64,000 bases of DNA, taken from assembly GCA_964458795.1 (NCBI GenBank), contig CAYWJW010000001.1, positions 14,083 to 78,082 of the forward strand, given 5' to 3'. Every line of letters starts with the position of its first letter. Within the stretch, counting starts at the first letter, position 1. Below the pieces are notes generated by a model. The model saw only the letters and a list, made by a program, of their open reading frames with translations, was not told where the DNA came from and ran no database searches. Both the position numbers and the translations under genes were made by a program. The DNA comes from an uncultured Candidatus Jidaibacter sp. GTDB lineage: Bacteria; Pseudomonadota; Alphaproteobacteria; Rickettsiales; Midichloriaceae. Positions 36,039-45,536 of the stretch are shown here, piece after piece.

Positions 36039-38036
36039 ATGGATCTTTTTAGCACAAGTACTGCAAAAATTGAGCCTAAGGTAGCTAAGGCTAAATCTAA
36101 TGACAATAGCTATAGCGCTAAGGATATTGAAGTATTAGAGGGTCTAGAACCGGTAAGGCTTAGACCAGGTATGTATATTGGTGGCACAGATATCCACGCA
36201 CTACACCATCTGTTTGCCGAAGTAATAGATAACTCTATGGATGAAGCAGTAGCAGGGCACGCTCGTCAAATTAAGGTAACTCTGCATGCAAATAATACCA
36301 TTACCATTTCTGATGATGGACGAGGCATTCCTGTAGATCCTCATCCCAAATATCCGGATAAGTCTGCGCTTGAAGTAATCCTAACCATGCTGCACTCCGG
36401 CGGAAAATTTTCTAACAAAGCTTATACTACTTCTGGTGGGCTGCATGGTGTTGGAGTTTCAGTAGTAAATGCGCTCTCAGAGGAATTCGGGGTCACAGTT
36501 TATAGAGGAGGGCGAAAATACACGCAAAGTTACAGTCGGGGATTGCCTTTAACAAAGCTTGCCTCAGAAAGCTGTAAGGCAAACTTGAAAGGTACAGAGA
36601 TAACATTCACGCCAGATACTCAGATATTTGGAGATATAAAGTTCGACCCTGCAAGCATATACAGGCTATCCTGTTCACGCGGGTATCTGTACCGAGGGGT
36701 AGAAATACTATGGCAGTGTGCTGAAGAAATATGTCCTGAAAGTATCCCGTCTAAGCAGGTAATCCACTATCCAAATGGGCTTAAGGATTACATCATCGAC
36801 TACACTAAGGAGTTGGAGATGGTAGTTCCGGAAATTTTTGCAGGTACTGCCGAGTTTGCAAGCGACATGGGCAAAATCGAGTGGGCGATAAGTTGGCAGA
36901 CTTACGGAGAAGGCTTTGCAAAATATTACTGTAACACAGTATTTACCCCGCAAGGTGGTTCGCATGAGCAAGGGTTCAAGGCCGGGCTGCTCAAAGCGCT
37001 TAAGAACTATGGAGAGTTGACTGGCAATAATAAATTAAACGCAATAACAGCTGATGATATCTTCGCTTCTGCAGTGGGAATTGTTTCGGTATTTATAACA
37101 AATCCAATTTTCCAAGGGCAGACCAAGGAAAAGCTATTATCGGCAGAAGCGCTAAAGTTAGTAGAAAATTCTGTGCGTCCGCAATTTGAAAATTGGCTAA
37201 CTGCATCCCCTAAAGTTGCAGGGCTGGTTATTGAGAAGATTATAGAGGATTGTGAAGAACGTCTGAATCGCAAAAAGAGTAAAGAGGCCGCCCGCAAAAG
37301 CCCGATAAAGTCTATGCGTCTTCCTGGTAAACTCACTGATTGCTTGAGTGATGCTAAACAAGGATCTGAAATATTCCTGGTTGAGGGAGAGTCTGCAGGT
37401 GGTTCTGCTAAGCAAGCGAGAAATCGTGAGAACCAAGCTATTATGCCACTCAAGGGGAAGATCCTTAACGTTGTGAACTCTACAGCTGATAAGATAACTG
37501 CCAATAATGAGATCAAAGATCTTCTTACAGCGCTTGGTTGTGGTAGCGGTAAGAACTATCGTGAAGAAGATTTGCGATATGAGAAGGTTGTGATAATGAC
37601 TGATGCTGATGTCGATGGGGCGCATATTACCTCACTTTTACTCACATTCTTTTATAAGCAAATGCCGAAGTTAATTGAGAATGGGCATCTGTATCTTGCG
37701 CAGCCCCCGCTCTATAGAATTACTCATCAAAATAAAACTATGTATGCCGCAAATGATGCTGAGTTGGATAATATGGTTGCTAAGCTTGAAAAAGCGAAAG
37801 GCAAAGTTGAAGTTGGTCGTTTCAAAGGGCTGGGTGAGATGACAGCCGCGCAGCTTAAGGAAACTACCATGGATCCTAAAAAACGCATTTTACTAAAAGT
37901 GGATATAATCAACGATGATAACTTAAGTAGAACTGTTGATGAGCTAATGGGCAAGGATCCAGAGCCACGATTTAGGTTTATTCAACATCGCAGCCAAATG
38001 CGCAAAGAGAATCTGGGTGAGATACTAGATGTTTAA
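36039..38036 (+). CDS. parE: DNA topoisomerase IV subunit B
   Basis: 665 aa, lacking the ~170-aa insertion of proteobacterial GyrB. Motifs are LEGLEPVRLRPGMYIGGT, a GHKL ATPase, Toprim EGESAGGSAKQ and PLKGKILNV. gyrA lies elsewhere in the window with no adjacent B subunit. Confidence 0.75.
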   Translation: MDLFSTSTAKIEPKVAKAKSNDNSYSAKDIEVLEGLEPVRLRPGMYIGGTDIHALHHLFAEVIDNSMDEAVAGHARQIKVTLHANNTITISDDGRGIPVDPHPKYPDKSALEVILTMLHSGGKFSNKAYTTSGGLHGVGVSVVNALSEEFGVTVYRGGRKYTQSYSRGLPLTKLASESCKANLKGTEITFTPDTQIFGDIKFDPASIYRLSCSRGYLYRGVEILWQCAEEICPESIPSKQVIHYPNGLKDYIIDYTKELEMVVPEIFAGTAEFASDMGKIEWAISWQTYGEGFAKYYCNTVFTPQGGSHEQGFKAGLLKALKNYGELTGNNKLNAITADDIFASAVGIVSVFITNPIFQGQTKEKLLSAEALKLVENSVRPQFENWLTASPKVAGLVIEKIIEDCEERLNRKKSKEAARKSPIKSMRLPGKLTDCLSDAKQGSEIFLVEGESAGGSAKQARNRENQAIMPLKGKILNVVNSTADKITANNEIKDLLTALGCGSGKNYREEDLRYEKVVIMTDADVDGAHITSLLLTFFYKQMPKLIENGHLYLAQPPLYRITHQNKTMYAANDAELDNMVAKLEKAKGKVEVGRFKGLGEMTAAQLKETTMDPKKRILLKVDIINDDNLSRTVDELMGKDPEPRFRFIQHRSQMRKENLGEILDV

Positions 38037-38043
38037 TGAAGGT

Positions 38044-38078
38044 AGAGCTGCCCTATTAAAAAATAAGGCAGCTCTTTT
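38044..38078 (+). terminator. Rho-independent terminator between convergent parE and the lipoprotein gene
   Basis: AGAGCTGCC-14 nt-GGCAGCTCT followed by TTTT. Confidence 0.65.
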
Positions 38079-38080
38079 AA

Positions 38081-38662
38081 TTAGATAGCTGAAGTAAGTC
38101 TAGGACGATCGTTGTTATATATTATAAGAACTCTTTGTCCTGCCTGAAATACAACATCTCTTCCTTGTACCACTGATATTAAATCGCTTTTGGTATTTGC
38201 AACAGAGATAGATTGTTTTATATCATCATCTATTGAAGCGCGGCCAATTGATACTTTAGTGGTTTTGGTGCTTGTAGGTGCTTTGCTTACATACTTAGGA
38301 TCAATGCGAACTACGTATTCCATGCCTTCGGATTTGCTAAGTGCATCTTCGGCTACCGCGCCTGCTACGGCACCTAAAATGGCACCGCCAATTGTAGCTG
38401 CTATCTGGCCTTTGCCAGCTCCGATTGCAGATCCAGCTACGGCACCAGCTAACCCACCGCCAAGGCCGCCAACTTGATTATTGGCTAATTTATCTGTTTC
38501 CTTTATTGTAACTGGTCGAGCAGAAATAACTTTGCCTTCGAGTACTTTACCTGCGGAAGCAGTGCTTGTATATACATCAGATCCCATATTACGAGCGCAG
38601 CCTGTTAGAACTAAGCTGGATAGTATTACAGGAAGTGTTAATTTATATAAGAAAGCCTTCAT
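38081..38662 (-). CDS. Outer-membrane lipoprotein with a glycine-zipper domain (17-kDa surface antigen / SlyB-like)
   Basis: It has a lipobox (LVLTGC) and a glycine zipper (GGLGGGLAGAVAGSAIGAGKGQIAATIGGAILGAVAGAVA). Confidence 0.7.
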   Translation of the reverse strand: MKAFLYKLTLPVILSSLVLTGCARNMGSDVYTSTASAGKVLEGKVISARPVTIKETDKLANNQVGGLGGGLAGAVAGSAIGAGKGQIAATIGGAILGAVAGAVAEDALSKSEGMEYVVRIDPKYVSKAPTSTKTTKVSIGRASIDDDIKQSISVANTKSDLISVVQGRDVVFQAGQRVLIIYNNDRPRLTSAI

Positions 38663-38866
38663 TTATACCTCTTTATATTAATGACTTTATGCGCGCATTA
38701 TATAAAAAACTAATGTAAATACAATATATTTATAAAAAGATTGTATATTTTATCATTTCATAAAGATTTTTAAGGTATCCTCTTTATGGAAGACGGGATG
38801 CTATAAAACACTTGCAAATTTGGTAGAATATGAGTATTTTCCGACTGACAATTCTTTTGTCTTCTC

Positions 38867-38943
38867 GGCGGAGTAGCTCAGGTGGTTAGAGCGGCGGAAT
38901 CATAATCCGTGTGTCGGGGGTTCAAATCCCTCCTCCGCTACCA
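38867..38943 (+). tRNA. tRNA with anticodon CAT (Met elongator or lysidine-modified Ile2), CCA encoded
   Basis: GGCGGAGTAGCTCAGGTGGTTAGAGCGGCGGAATCATAATCCGTGTGTCGGGGGTTCAAATCCCTCCTCCGCTACCA folds as a cloverleaf. The D-arm and T-arm resemble E. coli tRNA-Ile2(CAU). It lacks the initiator features (no 1:72 mismatch, no GGG/CCC anticodon stem). Confidence 0.9.
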
Positions 38944-38965
38944 ATTACCCATTACCCATAAAAAA

Positions 38966-38994
38966 GGAGATGCTGAAACAAGGTCAGCATCTCC
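38966..38994 (-). terminator. Rho-independent terminator of the 39022-39666 gene
   Basis: GGAGATGCTGA-aacaagg-TCAGCATCTCC forms an 11-bp stem, followed on the minus strand by TTTTT. Confidence 0.7.
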
Positions 38995-39021
38995 AAGTAG
39001 AAAGCGCGGGTGTATACAGTC

Positions 39022-39666
39022 CTAGTAAACTAGCTCAAATGTAGCCATACCAGGCTGTCCGTCCACATCTTTTACCAAGAAGTGTTCCGCTGTCCATACG
39101 TCAAGGTCACTGGAAACTATTTCAGCCCTAATAGGGTTTTGTATGTCACTACAATCATGAGTTATGGTCATAACTTCTTTAGTATATGAAGTAGCTGCTT
39201 TAACAGATCCTGATTGCAAGGTGCTATAATGAGATTCTACACCTCCTGATTCATTATCAAGATCCTCAAAGAGTTTTACAACTATAGGGTCAGTATTAGA
39301 AGAAAATTCACCTTCTTCATCAAATTCTATACCATGTTTTTCAAGAAGACTACCCATTGCTGCTCTATCTGGTTCTGATAGTTCGAAAATTTTGGACAGC
39401 ACCCCTTTTTGGAAATTAGCCGTAGCTTCTTTTACCGCATTTTTAATAACTTCTTTTTCTACAACCATATTGGCCGTTATAGAGGTGGTGCTTAGAAATT
39501 CTAAGATATCATCTTTACTGAATAATTCATGGATTACTTCGTCAAACTTTTGATTGTTAAGCTTATCACATAAATCTTTCACCTTTAACAAACCTTCTCT
39601 TTCAGCTTTTACTAACATAGGTTTTATTGACTCTAAATCAGTCCGTAATGCATTAATATCTACCAT
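39022..39666 (-). CDS. Hypothetical acidic protein
   Basis: 214-aa ORF with its own terminator. I recognised no motif. Confidence 0.55.
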   Translation of the reverse strand: MVDINALRTDLESIKPMLVKAEREGLLKVKDLCDKLNNQKFDEVIHELFSKDDILEFLSTTSITANMVVEKEVIKNAVKEATANFQKGVLSKIFELSEPDRAAMGSLLEKHGIEFDEEGEFSSNTDPIVVKLFEDLDNESGGVESHYSTLQSGSVKAATSYTKEVMTITHDCSDIQNPIRAEIVSSDLDVWTAEHFLVKDVDGQPGMATFELVY

Positions 39667-39735
39667 TTCAAAACCCCATAATTTTGATTATAACGGCGTC
39701 ATTATAACATTGTCAGTATCATAGATCAAGTTTAA

Positions 39736-40653
39736 CTATCCAAGATACGCACCCACAGTGGTAGCTATGGAGTCAGTGATCCTCTTTGCGGTTTTTGTAA
39801 CAGACCCCAAGATGGTGTTTCCTGGCTTATAATCTAAGTAGTGAGTAATGTTGGAAGTGGCGAGATAGCTGAATATAGGTGCAGCAGCAAGCATCGGGTT
39901 ATGCGCTCTTGTCTGTGCAAATAGACCAACACCTGCAATGATAGAAGTTGTGGTAATTGCACTTCCATAGACTAGCAAACTGTTTGATTGTAAAAATGCA
40001 CGCAAATCATTAGCAGCGTCTTTCTGTTCCTGGGGTTTTCCGGCCTCTTTAACATCAATGTTTGATTGTGGTTCATTTATCAGCTTTATCGCATCATACC
40101 AAAGCTTAGCAATCCCAATGGCAGTAGCTCCGGCAACTACAGTGCCAAGCGAGTAGGTGCTAAGGTTGTCTTTTAAGTTAGAGAAGCACTGTTGCAATCT
40201 AGGATTGCTAAGAGCTGACGTAAATGGCCATGGCATTCGCAATTCAGGAAATCCACCAACAGCTTTGGCAATTCGTTCGCCAATGGGATATATAATAAGT
40301 GGATATGCCAAAAGGGATAATGCAGCCGGTCCTGCTATAGTAAGTATTGTTTCCTTGATACCTATCTGCTTGCCATCATCTGCACGATAACTTATAAAGC
40401 CTGAAAGCATATTTTTAAAACTACCAGCTCCAAAATAAAAATGTGTACCTAGCGCAAGTGATATAAAACTAAGTACTGGATTTGGACCAGACCTTAGCTC
40501 AGATAAGCTTAGCGCGGTAGTTCCTATAAAAGCCAATCGCCCCGCGAAATACATAACTTTCCTGGCCGCAGATGTATTCATAAGCACCTGATTCAAGCCC
40601 CATAAAGTAGCAGCAGCTGTTGCAAAATAGAGCAGGTTCCTGAACATAATCAC
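39736..40653 (-). CDS. Hypothetical polytopic membrane protein (GTG start)
   Basis: 305 aa with multiple hydrophobic segments. I recognised no family. Confidence 0.55.
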   Translation of the reverse strand: MIMFRNLLYFATAAATLWGLNQVLMNTSAARKVMYFAGRLAFIGTTALSLSELRSGPNPVLSFISLALGTHFYFGAGSFKNMLSGFISYRADDGKQIGIKETILTIAGPAALSLLAYPLIIYPIGERIAKAVGGFPELRMPWPFTSALSNPRLQQCFSNLKDNLSTYSLGTVVAGATAIGIAKLWYDAIKLINEPQSNIDVKEAGKPQEQKDAANDLRAFLQSNSLLVYGSAITTTSIIAGVGLFAQTRAHNPMLAAAPIFSYLATSNITHYLDYKPGNTILGSVTKTAKRITDSIATTVGAYLG

Positions 40654-40726
40654 TTTATTTTATCTTTTTAAATTCTAACATAACATAGCTTTGTTAATAT
40701 TTCGTTAAGGCATTTGTAAAAAATGT

Positions 40727-40803
40727 GAAAATTTTAACAGCAGGGACTTCCATGCTCCTATTTTGATGTGATATATTAATAAATATAGGGTAAGAGAAGT
40801 ATG
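40727..40803 (+). promoter_or_regulatory. Promoter-like interspersed module, copy f
   Basis: CAGGGACTTCCAT is followed by an 18-nt spacer and TATATT (40772-40777), then ATAAATATAGGGTAAGAGAAGTATG. It lies about 75 nt upstream of ntrX. Confidence 0.45.
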
Positions 40804-40876
40804 CCAAGTATAATGCTTGATTGAAATATTTTGATTATTGATTATAGTAATAGGGATGTATGGTAGTAGTTAGTAA

Positions 40877-42190
40877 ATGACTGGGATTTTAATAGTTGAT
40901 GATGAAGCGGATATTAGGGACTTAGTCTCTGATGTTTTAAGCGATGAAGGTTATGAGACGGTGTGTGCAAGTTCTGCCGCAAAAGCGATTGATGCTGTAA
41001 CATCTGGTAATTTTTCTGCTGTGGTGCTTGATATATGGCTTGAAGGTAGTGAGATGGACGGGATTGGTGTGCTCAAAGCAATCAAGAGTGTAGATGCTGA
41101 TCTCCCCGTTATTATGATAAGTGGTCATGGCAACATAGAAACAGCAGTGCAAACTATAAAACTCGGTGCGTATGATTTTATCGAAAAGCCATTCAAGGCC
41201 GAAAAGCTAACTATAATGGTTGAGCGAGCAGTTAATACTTACAATTTATTATGTGAAAATAATCTACTCAGAAATCAAACCAGTGCTCCTCTTATAGAAA
41301 CGGAAGGTTCGTCGCGCCTGATGCAGATAGTTCTAAAAGCCTCGCAAAGTGCTGCAGCCTCGAATAGTCGAGTGATTATAACCGGTGAAGATGGAACTGG
41401 GAAAGAATTTCTAGCTAAATATATCCATAAACATTCTCAGAGGGGCGCTAAGAATTTTGCGATACTTAACTCTGCAAGTTTAACAGATGACAATTTTGAG
41501 GCTGAGCTTTTTGGGAAGGACCATAAAATTGGTATATTACAAAGATGTAAGGGTGGGACTGTATATATAGATGAGATTTTAGATCTTAGTCCGAAAGTGC
41601 AGGCTAAATTTTTAAACGTTTTGCAAGATATAAAATTTAATGTGCGGATCATATCTGGATCCTCGCGTGATCTTGCAAAAGCGATAGAAGAGGGAAGGCT
41701 GAATTCTAGTCTATATTACAGACTTAATGTAGTGCCAATTAATATACCTCCTTTGAGGGAGCGTAAGGAAGATATAGAAATATTGGCAGAAAAGTTCTTA
41801 AATCACTTTTCATTAGTAATGGGCCTTAATAAAGTTGCTTTATCTGACTCAGCTCTTGCAGCTCTTCAGCTGTACAACTGGCCGGGTAATACCCGTCAGC
41901 TTAAGAATATCATGGAATGGCTGATGATTATGAAAGCCAAAGATAAGCAGATTATCGAAGCCGAAGATTTGCCGGGTGAAATTAAGCCTTTTAGTGAATC
42001 GGTTGATAATGATAATTGGGTAAGCAACGCTTTTTTGAAGCCACTTAAAGATGCGCGCGACAGTTTCGAGCGTGAGTATCTAAGCGCGCAATTAAACCGA
42101 TACGGCGGGAACATCTCTAAAACCGCGCTGCACGTGGGTATGGATAGAACCGCACTACATAGGAAGCTTAAATTGCTTAAAAAGGTTTAG
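40877..42190 (+). CDS. ntrX: NtrX-like response regulator (receiver + AAA+ + Fis-type HTH) with a degenerate sigma-54 contact motif
   Basis: It has a receiver domain (ILIVDDE...DIWLEG...MISGHG), a Walker A (GEDGTGKE), TVYIDEI and a C-terminal HTH (GGNISKTALHVGMDRTALHRKLK). The GAFTGA position reads KDHKIGIL. Confidence 0.7.
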   Translation: MTGILIVDDEADIRDLVSDVLSDEGYETVCASSAAKAIDAVTSGNFSAVVLDIWLEGSEMDGIGVLKAIKSVDADLPVIMISGHGNIETAVQTIKLGAYDFIEKPFKAEKLTIMVERAVNTYNLLCENNLLRNQTSAPLIETEGSSRLMQIVLKASQSAAASNSRVIITGEDGTGKEFLAKYIHKHSQRGAKNFAILNSASLTDDNFEAELFGKDHKIGILQRCKGGTVYIDEILDLSPKVQAKFLNVLQDIKFNVRIISGSSRDLAKAIEEGRLNSSLYYRLNVVPINIPPLRERKEDIEILAEKFLNHFSLVMGLNKVALSDSALAALQLYNWPGNTRQLKNIMEWLMIMKAKDKQIIEAEDLPGEIKPFSESVDNDNWVSNAFLKPLKDARDSFEREYLSAQLNRYGGNISKTALHVGMDRTALHRKLKLLKKV

Positions 42191-42196
42191 TTTGCT

Positions 42197-42241
42197 CAAA
42201 AAAGCTTCTCTGAAATTTTTAGGTTTCAGAGAAGCTTTTTA
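42197..42241. terminator. Bidirectional Rho-independent terminator between ntrX and the 42250 gene
   Basis: AAAGCTTCTCTGAAA-8 nt-TTTCAGAGAAGCTTT forms a 15-bp stem flanked by an A-run and a T-run. Confidence 0.8.
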
Positions 42242-42249
42242 TTGTAACT

Positions 42250-43119
42250 CTAACACGATGCTGTTCTTCCTGGGTTGGCCAAGTTGAACTTTTGTATGTA
42301 GTCTTTAAACGCATGCTCTACAACTTCCAGAGTTTTATGGCCACTTGACACAGTTTTCATCAATTTATCTTCGCTTTCACGAACTAAAATAGAGTCTAGT
42401 AATGTTGATGCAGTAGCCAAACAAGAGGAACTTGTTAGCAGTAGCGCTCCTTTCATCAATTTATCTGGGGTTACTACATAGCCCAGTAGCTTGTTATTGC
42501 TTTTTAGCGCTAAAGAAATACCAGCAACAGCAAGCGCACAGGTAACAGCTAATGCCGCATTGCGGATATTATGTACTACTTTTTCATATGCGGATGGTTG
42601 TACTTTATCACCTCTAGATAGGGCTAGAATATCGGTTGCGCATTCTAATGTCGCTTCACTAAGCTTTGCTTGAGCTTCAAAAAACTCTTTTAACTCAGCA
42701 GTCTGCGGTATATTATTATCCTTACCTGTATTATCGTTGCCACTTCTTTCCAATTGTGTGCCACTGCTGTTCATTGACGCCCTGCTAGGTGTAGGGCTAG
42801 TAGCTCTGCTAGGTGTGGTGGTAATTCTTGCCATTGTATTTTGATCAAGAGTTAATAAGGTTTTTAAATCAAGTTTTTGTAGGAAATTTACATTTGATTC
42901 AGGTGTAGCCGCTACTATGCTTGGGTGTAAAATTCTCCTAATTTCCTCTCCTATTCCTTCCATAAGTGTTGAGGCTGCTTTATCGTCCACCTCTTTACTC
43001 GGTAACGCGTCTTTCTTGTTCTTCTGATAGTCATGCTTTTGTGTGTAGCTAACTAGTTTACTGTAGAAATCTACTTCACGGCCTATATAGAACCTTTCTT
43101 GTTGTAACATAATGTCCAT
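42250..43119 (-). CDS. Hypothetical protein with a Ser/Thr/Pro-rich linker and C-proximal hydrophobic segments
   Basis: 289 aa with TTTPSRATSPTPSRASMNSSG, then AALAVTCALAVAGISLAL and GALLLTSSSCLATASTLL. It lies downstream of the ABC-like gene on the same strand. Confidence 0.5.
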   Translation of the reverse strand: MDIMLQQERFYIGREVDFYSKLVSYTQKHDYQKNKKDALPSKEVDDKAASTLMEGIGEEIRRILHPSIVAATPESNVNFLQKLDLKTLLTLDQNTMARITTTPSRATSPTPSRASMNSSGTQLERSGNDNTGKDNNIPQTAELKEFFEAQAKLSEATLECATDILALSRGDKVQPSAYEKVVHNIRNAALAVTCALAVAGISLALKSNNKLLGYVVTPDKLMKGALLLTSSSCLATASTLLDSILVRESEDKLMKTVSSGHKTLEVVEHAFKDYIQKFNLANPGRTASC

Positions 43120-43310
43120 CCTAAAAAAATAATGCGACTTAGTTGATACCCTATAAATAATGAAACGGCAATACTAAATTTTCCATTTACCATTTGAAAT
43201 ATATGATAAATATGCGGGAAATATCCAAAATACGGGGCTCCTAGCGCCAATAAAAAATTTTCTTATAGGCAGCTCTAATAAGCTTTTAGTTTCAGGTGGT
43301 TATGCCTGCT

Positions 43311-45473
43311 TTATAGAGATAAAGCGTCCATGGCGCGCTTTGGAGCATTTTCTACTTGAGCCATCCAGCTAATACTCCTATATTTAGCAAGAGGGGTTAG
43401 CTCTGGACTGATCTCTTGTTTTTTTTCTGTGCCTTCTGAGATAGCAATAAGTCTCTCTGTCAGTACCTCAAGAAATTTCTCAACTTGGTCGTCACCTGGC
43501 TCAACCTTGTATTTCTCTATTTCGGTGGTCAAAGCCTCTTCCAAGGATTCTGTGCTCTTCAGATCTATGTTAAGTCTCATGTCTCTCATTGCAGCTTGGA
43601 TCTCACCGGTTGGATCATCTTTGAGTATCTCCAAACAGTTTTTAACTCGCGCTTCCATAGGGCCACGGGTTATATCGCAGACCTTATTATAAAGATTTGT
43701 GCCATCTCCCAAATCTCTAAAAGGTAATCCACTCTGAACGTGATCTATAATAACAAATGCTCTATCTTCAGAATGATCTTTTATCAACTTTATAGCTTTG
43801 GGGATCACGGAGGAATCTAATCCTGTAAACGGCTCATCAAGAACTATAAGCTTTTTTCCCCGCATTAGTGCTGATACCAATAAAATAGCCTTTTTCTGCC
43901 CACCACTTAACTTAGAGCTTGGAGGGCTATCTAAAGGGCTATCAGATTCATATATTTTTGACATCCCTAATTCATCTAAGTATTTTATGACTCGTTCCTT
44001 TTCGTCACCATTCACTTCCTTCTTACCCATTATATCTTCAAGCAATGTGAAGTTTGGCGCGGGGGAATAGTCTTGCATAGACTTATAGAATGAATCAGAT
44101 CTAGTTACCTTTCCTTCTTCAATAAAGGCAGCAAATGCTATAGCGCTAGTCAGTGAACTTTTACCTGAGCCAGACTTGCCTTTAAGCAGCATGATGTCCC
44201 TAGCTTTGAGTTCCAATTCAGTTGTCAATGTAAAGCCACTTTGTGTGCTAATCTTAAGTTTAGTATTCTTCTCTAGCTTCAAAAGAATATCACTTACAGC
44301 TTCACCTTCATTTGTTATTTTCATCATATGATGTTCTTCAGCCTTCTTTTGCTTTTCCTCAGCTTGCTCAAGCAAGACCATTAATTTATTTATCTTTTCA
44401 ATACTTTTATGTAACTCAGCATATTTTTGCACAGCATCAGACATACTGGTAATTACTTTCCTCATCCTAGCAAATTCCTTAAATACAGGATAGTAATCCA
44501 TCTTATATTCAAGTTCAGGATTCGCCAAAATTCCTTTACCCATAAAACGCGGCAAAAACCATTCCTCGAGAATTTTGAAAATTGGAGTAATAGTTTTATT
44601 CAAACCCGATAATATGTGGGAGATATTATTATGTGCACCTCTATATGACTCCTGCATACTGGCTATCAAGCGAGCACTAGTGCCGCTAGATATTATGCTA
44701 GGTGCATTTTTGCTGGCATAATCCACCAATGTTTTGAATTTATTATCACTTTCCTTTGTGCTTTCTTTAACATATAAAGCGATCCTCTTTACCAGATATG
44801 TTACTGTAAGTCTAGCTACGCTTAGGGCTAAAAGTGAAACAAGGATTTTATTCGGTGTGTTAAGCGGAGTAATCAAATGCGGGGCAATTGATTTGCTGGC
44901 AGCTAGGACAGTATTACATTGTGCATAAAATTTTGTGGCATTAATTGCTAGGCCTATTGTGATATCGAGCAAGTTATTTATGATTAATTTGCTGTGGCGA
45001 GACAAGCAATCTTGCAGGAGATAAGCTTCACTTTCTTTGCCATGCATAACCACATCCTGCAGGAAGAAATTAACTTCCATATCTTTTGCTTCAAGCACTT
45101 CTTTTCTAATTTTTTCAGCCATAGGAGCAGCAAGTTCATCAGCTATGATGTTATTCATGGCTTTGCTAGTCTCATCTAAAGCTACATTCAGCACCGAGTA
45201 TGTCGCCAATTTATCGAGTGCTTCATCATAACCCTTAGCTTTCCTACCCCTTAAAGCTTTTTTGTCGTAGCCCTTTAGTCCTGTAACATCATAGGTATAG
45301 TTTTCAACAAACTCTGGAAGATAATGATGCTTAAGTGCCGTTAAAGCCCAAGCCTTTAAACCCGAAAAACTAATTGGATTGAGCGATGAAGTAACTAGAG
45401 CGGCAGTTCTCGCATTCATGCCAAACCCAAGTTGTAGCGCTTTATTTGCAGATCTTTCTATTAATTCAAACAT
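43311..45473 (-). CDS. Atypical ABC-type ATPase protein (about 430-aa non-canonical N-terminal region + transporter-type NBD + C-terminal extension)
   Basis: Walker A GKSGSGKSS, signature LSGGQKK, Walker B LIVLDEP and H-loop IIDH. The N-terminal region is only weakly hydrophobic. It is a paralog of 54535-56448. Confidence 0.65.
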   Translation of the reverse strand: MFELIERSANKALQLGFGMNARTAALVTSSLNPISFSGLKAWALTALKHHYLPEFVENYTYDVTGLKGYDKKALRGRKAKGYDEALDKLATYSVLNVALDETSKAMNNIIADELAAPMAEKIRKEVLEAKDMEVNFFLQDVVMHGKESEAYLLQDCLSRHSKLIINNLLDITIGLAINATKFYAQCNTVLAASKSIAPHLITPLNTPNKILVSLLALSVARLTVTYLVKRIALYVKESTKESDNKFKTLVDYASKNAPSIISSGTSARLIASMQESYRGAHNNISHILSGLNKTITPIFKILEEWFLPRFMGKGILANPELEYKMDYYPVFKEFARMRKVITSMSDAVQKYAELHKSIEKINKLMVLLEQAEEKQKKAEEHHMMKITNEGEAVSDILLKLEKNTKLKISTQSGFTLTTELELKARDIMLLKGKSGSGKSSLTSAIAFAAFIEEGKVTRSDSFYKSMQDYSPAPNFTLLEDIMGKKEVNGDEKERVIKYLDELGMSKIYESDSPLDSPPSSKLSGGQKKAILLVSALMRGKKLIVLDEPFTGLDSSVIPKAIKLIKDHSEDRAFVIIDHVQSGLPFRDLGDGTNLYNKVCDITRGPMEARVKNCLEILKDDPTGEIQAAMRDMRLNIDLKSTESLEEALTTEIEKYKVEPGDDQVEKFLEVLTERLIAISEGTEKKQEISPELTPLAKYRSISWMAQVENAPKRAMDALSL

Positions 45474-45536
45474 AGTAAGCCCACTAAAAATTGCTTCTAG
45501 TAGTATTTATGCCACACAAAGGTTAACAACTGGTTA

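Noticed and set aside
38944-39021. A search for a mobile-element integration signature (integrase, att repeat) next to the tRNA.
   Set aside because: The next 2 kb contain no integrase-like ORF, and I found no copy of the tRNA 3' end by eye. Only a terminator hairpin is present.
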